DNA of 43,406 bases from an uncultured archaeon (GTDB lineage Archaea > Iainarchaeota > Iainarchaeia > Iainarchaeales > Iainarchaeaceae). This document shows, one piece after another, positions 40,801 through 43,406 of this stretch. Each line of letters starts with the position of its first letter. The stretch's first letter is position 1. The position numbers were made by a program, and so were the translations under genes. The notes beneath the pieces were generated by a model. That model was not told where the DNA came from and ran no database searches. It worked only from the letters and a program-made list of their open reading frames with translations. The DNA lies in assembly GCA_964372565.1 (NCBI GenBank), contig CAYJRH010000001.1, positions 1 through 43,406 of the forward strand, read 5' to 3'.

Positions 40801-42457
40801 ACAAGCTTTGAACTGGCAAATGAAAAATAAATTAGTTAAAATCCCCCTGCTCAAGGAGTTGGTGGATAAATCAAAAATAATGACGCGAACGGAGATTAAC
40901 CAGAGAATCAACGAAATAAGGCCGGGCTCATGGAGCGCAAAATATGCCACGGTGCCAAAAGTGTGTGATGAGGAACTGGCTTATCTGGCTGGCTTTCTCC
41001 AGGCGGAAAAATGGATTGGGAGCAACAAAATGGTGGTTTCGCAGAAAGAAGAAATACCATTCCTTGAAGAACTGTTCCTGAAACTTTTCAGGATAAGAGT
41101 TAGTAAAGGGCACGATAAGACCCAATATGGCGAATACAACAAATACACAATTCTTTCAAAAACCGTTACAAGAATGTTCGCGCAATTGTTCGGCTTAAAA
41201 AAATCAAAGGAATGCAGGGTTCCGCGCATAATACAGCGCTCAACAAACAAGGTAATTGCGTCTTATATCTCTGGTTATATTGACGGGGATGGCTCGGTAA
41301 GCGAGAAAAAAATATCGCTTGCCGTTGGGAATAAAGAAACGGCCATTGAATTCAAATACCTCCTGCACAGGCTTGGCATAAACAGCAGGATACTGGAAGG
41401 GGTGCGAGCATTTGAGGTGAACATCTGCACAAGGCAGGACATCAAAAAAGCCGCGGAAATCATGGAATTCAGGGTAGAAAAAAAGAAGAAAAACGCGGAA
41501 AAAATCGGAAAGACTATTTATGCGCACAATACAAAAAGAAACATTGTTCCGGCACTTTTATTGAGGAACTTCCTAAAAGATTTTAACCTCACAACCGCGG
41601 AAAAAAAAGAGCGTTTTTACCACACAACTGGCAATGGCACGGGCATGAAGAAAAGCTATGTGAAACAGCTCATTGAAACGCAAAAAATTGATGAAAAAAC
41701 CGCGCAGAAAATTTCTCTGTTTTTGAGGGATGATTTGGAATTCGCAAAAATTACAGGGGTGGAAATAGTCCCTAATACTGAAAATATCCCCACTTATGAC
41801 CTCACACCTGAAAAATCGACCTACTTCATGGGTGGGATAAATAATTTTACTATGATTATGGACACAATGCTCGACCTCCTTGTGAACTCGCTGAGGCAGA
41901 GGCCTGACAGGATAATTGTCGGCGAAACAAGGAGGCAGAGGGAAGCCGAGGTGATGTTCGAGGCAATGCACACAGGCCATTCGGTTTACACCACGTTCCA
42001 CGCGAACACCGCGGAGGAAACAATCAGGAGGTTCACCAACCCGCCAATTGACATTCCGCCCACGGTGCTTGATTCCGTGCATTTGAATGTCGTGATGTTC
42101 AGGAACAGGAGGATAGGCGCGAGGAGGATACTGCAGGTCGCGGAATTCATCCCTGAAAAGAGGGGCAGCGAGGAAACGCTCAAGGCAAACACGCTTTATC
42201 GCTGGAGGCCGGGGAACGACGTCATAATCAAGGATTCGGAAAGCATCAGGCTTTATGACGAGCTCTCCATGCACACGGGCCTGACTTATTCTGAAATCGG
42301 GGAGGATATTCTCCAGAAGAAGAGGATACTCGAGTGGCTTGTCAAGAATGACCTGCACAACATCAATGATGTCGGAAAAGTCATGGCAAGATACTACCTA
42401 AACAAGGAAGACGTGGTTGAAGTCGTTGAGAAGGACAAGAAGCCTGATGCCCTATGA
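37847..42457 (+). CDS. type II/IV secretion-system ATPase (archaeal FlaI/PilB/VirB11-like) interrupted by two inteins
   Basis: Walker A is ILSGGTASGKTSFLN and the Asp box is RVITIED|intein-1|TRELILP. ...EPNAEGKGGV|intein-2|TMLDLLVNSLRQRPDRIIVGETR carries Walker B, followed by the His box AMHTGHSVYTTFHA. The extein totals 501 aa. Confidence 0.92.
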   Translation: MTDKLFKEYTVETEGITVGVKIVYREGEFVKAYILDIPEYGAGTRALLENLKRQIIMDANVKAEKLLDPKFIEILKQQFREKADAILKRELPKIEAHTKGSLIGILIHEMLGLGKIEFLLADGNLEEIVINNASEPAWVYSKEFGWLRTNVNIESEEMIQNYANIIARRGGKQITVLTPLLDTHLVTGDRANATLFPISGKGNTLTIRRFRRDPWTVTDLINNKTANSDVMSLVWLCIQYEMNMILSGGTASGKTSFLNVCLPFIQPNHRVITIEDSVSGESEILYEHEGHVVKSTVGELVDGIIEDDTLGDCVVENDYGIKIPSATREGKVEWREPSHFIRHHVKKDLLKITLKSGRIVEVTPDHSLFGIGDDCILSQISGSELKEGSWLATPRELEWAGEKVVFRLNEHISAFEGCFVKSVEIKNLIMENKALLAQHYSRNTIQANSRRGVASTEMILTLQKAPTTGWITSRLGTKIPMEIEVDNDLACFAGLWLADGCYDKNSVLVSVVEEEARDVVRRVAARFGTEPKMHSDGVTLMVNSKPFKRLMENVLELKGNAYTKKMPGWCFRLGKKELASLLSGYFSGDGWVRKNDIAIVSCSEQLLKDTQTALLRFGIPFRISWKKRKDKTYEARVSGTEFLRKFLQEIGFVINKKNAASEKWLTQNSHDVSDVIPLPKKFYKEIKKARKVEVGTGLTYNSWKSWSSAYMKENIGRNTLQKFVRTYGNSLPKELETAAFGDIFWDKVIAIERRGFEGFVYDFSVPGNESFVCNNIICHNTRELILPDFLHWVPMTTREPNAEGKGGVCLYPGNWVVLGNGEIREISEYAEEKLKAGEKFKPESNVTCVMGDETLLAGDPEKMSYRNEKIATVSKVTEREFICSVKCQNGESAVLTENTRLPVVGEKGEVELLLPKEIKAGKYYLPVFTKIDVEGSLQEIDAIEIYSKGNYYTLDVFPEFEKMVAEAKERGGTLKSIAAQAGISRQALNWQMKNKLVKIPLLKELVDKSKIMTRTEINQRINEIRPGSWSAKYATVPKVCDEELAYLAGFLQAEKWIGSNKMVVSQKEEIPFLEELFLKLFRIRVSKGHDKTQYGEYNKYTILSKTVTRMFAQLFGLKKSKECRVPRIIQRSTNKVIASYISGYIDGDGSVSEKKISLAVGNKETAIEFKYLLHRLGINSRILEGVRAFEVNICTRQDIKKAAEIMEFRVEKKKKNAEKIGKTIYAHNTKRNIVPALLLRNFLKDFNLTTAEKKERFYHTTGNGTGMKKSYVKQLIETQKIDEKTAQKISLFLRDDLEFAKITGVEIVPNTENIPTYDLTPEKSTYFMGGINNFTMIMDTMLDLLVNSLRQRPDRIIVGETRRQREAEVMFEAMHTGHSVYTTFHANTAEETIRRFTNPPIDIPPTVLDSVHLNVVMFRNRRIGARRILQVAEFIPEKRGSEETLKANTLYRWRPGNDVIIKDSESIRLYDELSMHTGLTYSEIGEDILQKKRILEWLVKNDLHNINDVGKVMARYYLNKEDVVEVVEKDKKPDAL
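38675..40186 (+). mobile_element. intein 1 (504 aa) with a LAGLIDADG endonuclease, in the ATPase Asp box
   Basis: It starts at Ser1 (SVSGESEILYE). Block B is VTPDHSLF. The LAGLIDADG motifs are FAGLWLADGCY and LLSGYFSGDGWV. Block F/G is VYDFSVPGNESFVCNNIICHN, followed by Thr +1. Confidence 0.9.
40271..41863 (+). mobile_element. intein 2 (531 aa by extein alignment), non-canonical: no block B His, ends ...MIMD instead of ...HN
   Basis: It starts at Cys1 (CLYPGNWVVLGNGE). The block B position reads LTENTRLPVV (T-E-N-T). The LAGLIDADG motifs are LAGFLQAEKWIG (degenerate) and ISGYIDGDGSV. Block F is TYDLTPEKSTYFMGG and the end is INNFTMIMD, followed by Thr (TMLDLL...). The end was set by matching GGV|TMLDLL..LRQRPD to the FlaI-family G-E-[IV]-T-M-x-D-L-L pattern recalled from memory. 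Confidence 0.75.
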
Positions 42458-43341
42458 AACCGAAAATCCCGGGAATGTTCCTGCCGCTGGAAACAATGCT
42501 CAAAATAACCGCACACTTCAGGGGGCTGGGAGGCGCGGCAAAAAAAATCTTCCCTTCGCTTGGGAGGGATCTGGCACAGGCAGAGCTTGAGATAAGTGCG
42601 GAGGACTACGGCGCAATCATGGCAATCATGCCGGCGTTTTACTTTGCCGCCATGTTTTTTGTAACATTCGCGTTTTCGCGCACACTGAACCCCGGGCTCG
42701 CCCTGCCGCTTGCGCTTGTGGTCGGGGCCATTTTTTGGGTGTTGATGCTTGTGCAGCTCGTTTTTTACCCGAAAATCCGGGCCAAGAAAAAGGTCAGGGA
42801 TTTGGAGAGGAACCTTGTCTTTGCTTTGAGGACCATACTTGTGGAAATAAAATCCGGGGTCACGCTCTTTGACGCTATCAATATCATTGCTGAAAGCGAC
42901 AACGGGCAGGTGAGCAAGGAGTTCAAGAGGGCCGTTGAGAAGATGCAGACAGGAACGTTCCAGAACGACGCACTCGAGGAGCTTGGCGAGGCGAACCCCT
43001 CGCTGCATTTCAGGAGGGCAATCTGGCAGCTCGTGAACGGGCTGAAGGCGGGCTCGGACACAAGCCTTGTGATGACCGCTCTTGTCGACAGCCTCACTAA
43101 GGAGAAGGACAACCAAATCAGGAAGTACGGAAACTCGCTCAAGCTGCTCTCCCTTGTTTACATGATGCTGGGCGCGATAATCCCGGCGTTGGGCCTCACG
43201 TTCCTCATTATCCTTTCCACTTTCCCCCAGATTAAAATAACCGAAATGTACTTCTGGGGGATGCTCGGCTTCATACTGGTCGGGCAGTTCATGTTCCTCG
43301 GCATGATGAAATCCGTGAGGCCGACGCTGCTGGGTGAATGA
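42454..43341 (+). CDS. type II secretion system F-domain membrane protein (FlaJ/TadC/PilC-like platform), single-domain form
   Basis: It has several TM segments. The T2SSF-like core reads LVFALRTILVEIKSGVTLFDAINIIAES...FKRAVEKMQTGTFQNDALEELG...RRAIWQLVNGLKAGSD. The ATGA overlap with the ATPase stop indicates coupling. Confidence 0.8.
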   Translation: MKPKIPGMFLPLETMLKITAHFRGLGGAAKKIFPSLGRDLAQAELEISAEDYGAIMAIMPAFYFAAMFFVTFAFSRTLNPGLALPLALVVGAIFWVLMLVQLVFYPKIRAKKKVRDLERNLVFALRTILVEIKSGVTLFDAINIIAESDNGQVSKEFKRAVEKMQTGTFQNDALEELGEANPSLHFRRAIWQLVNGLKAGSDTSLVMTALVDSLTKEKDNQIRKYGNSLKLLSLVYMMLGAIIPALGLTFLIILSTFPQIKITEMYFWGMLGFILVGQFMFLGMMKSVRPTLLGE

Positions 43342-43406
43342 ATGAAGACGCTTGCGAGTGCCGAATCCGACGCGCATGTCGGAGTGCGAAGCACGGCCCA
43401 TCGAGT
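43342..43406 (+). CDS. possible start of a further ORF (partial), or a repeat element
   Basis: ATG 43342 directly follows the stop at 43341 and reads MKTLASAESDAHVGVRSTAHR... The segment 43385-43405 is a near copy of non-coding sequence at 8409-8429, so coding status is doubtful. Confidence 0.2.
   Translation, partial: MKTLASAESDAHVGVRSTAHR

Noticed and set aside
41840-41845. Alternative C-terminus of ATPase intein 2 at ...GGINN (Asn-Asn).
   Set aside because: The following residue would be Phe, which cannot act as the +1 nucleophile. The remaining FTMIMD would add six residues not expected in the conserved GEIT-M-x-DLL extein motif.

Overview
The window is a compact archaeal chromosomal segment. 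Archaeal hallmarks include proteasome beta, aCPSF1/FttA, Taw1, the NAC UBA tail, Fap7/AK6, class III (type IV pilin) signal peptides, and TATA-like boxes 25-45 nt upstream of many starts. The lineage is unassigned; the gene content would fit an uncultivated DPANN-type archaeon, but that is only a guess.

Housekeeping genes: psmB, aCPSF1, FKBP-type PPIase, Taw1, an NFACT/Rqc2-like protein, CoaBC, and a loose glycolytic cluster of pgk, cupin-type PGI, class I GAPDH and a PfkB kinase.

Accessory content is dense:
- Three large LAGLIDADG-containing inteins: one in aCPSF1 and two in a FlaI/PilB-like secretion ATPase. The second ATPase intein lacks the block B His, the penultimate His and the terminal Asn.
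- A type IV pilus-like locus. It comprises a pilin/minor-pilin/vWA/FN3 operon at 29.0-34.5 kb, then a translationally coupled 701-aa coiled-coil/wHTH protein, the ATPase and a FlaJ/TadC-like platform protein at 35.7-43.3 kb. A solitary pilin sits at 20.2 kb.
- Two large surface proteins.
- Toxin-antitoxin modules: vapBC x2, RHH-relE, a wHTH + frameshifted RelE-like cassette, and orphan AbrB-like and antitoxin-like ORFs.

The most unusual structural signal occurs twice. A gene's own 3' terminus is duplicated on the far side of an inserted segment. One case is 63 nt around a 763-bp TA cassette at 34.4-35.3 kb. The other is 24 nt around a 124-nt repeat-bearing element after aCPSF1.

All calls come from reading the translated ORFs and the DNA by eye. 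No database search, HMM, fold or statistical computation was run.
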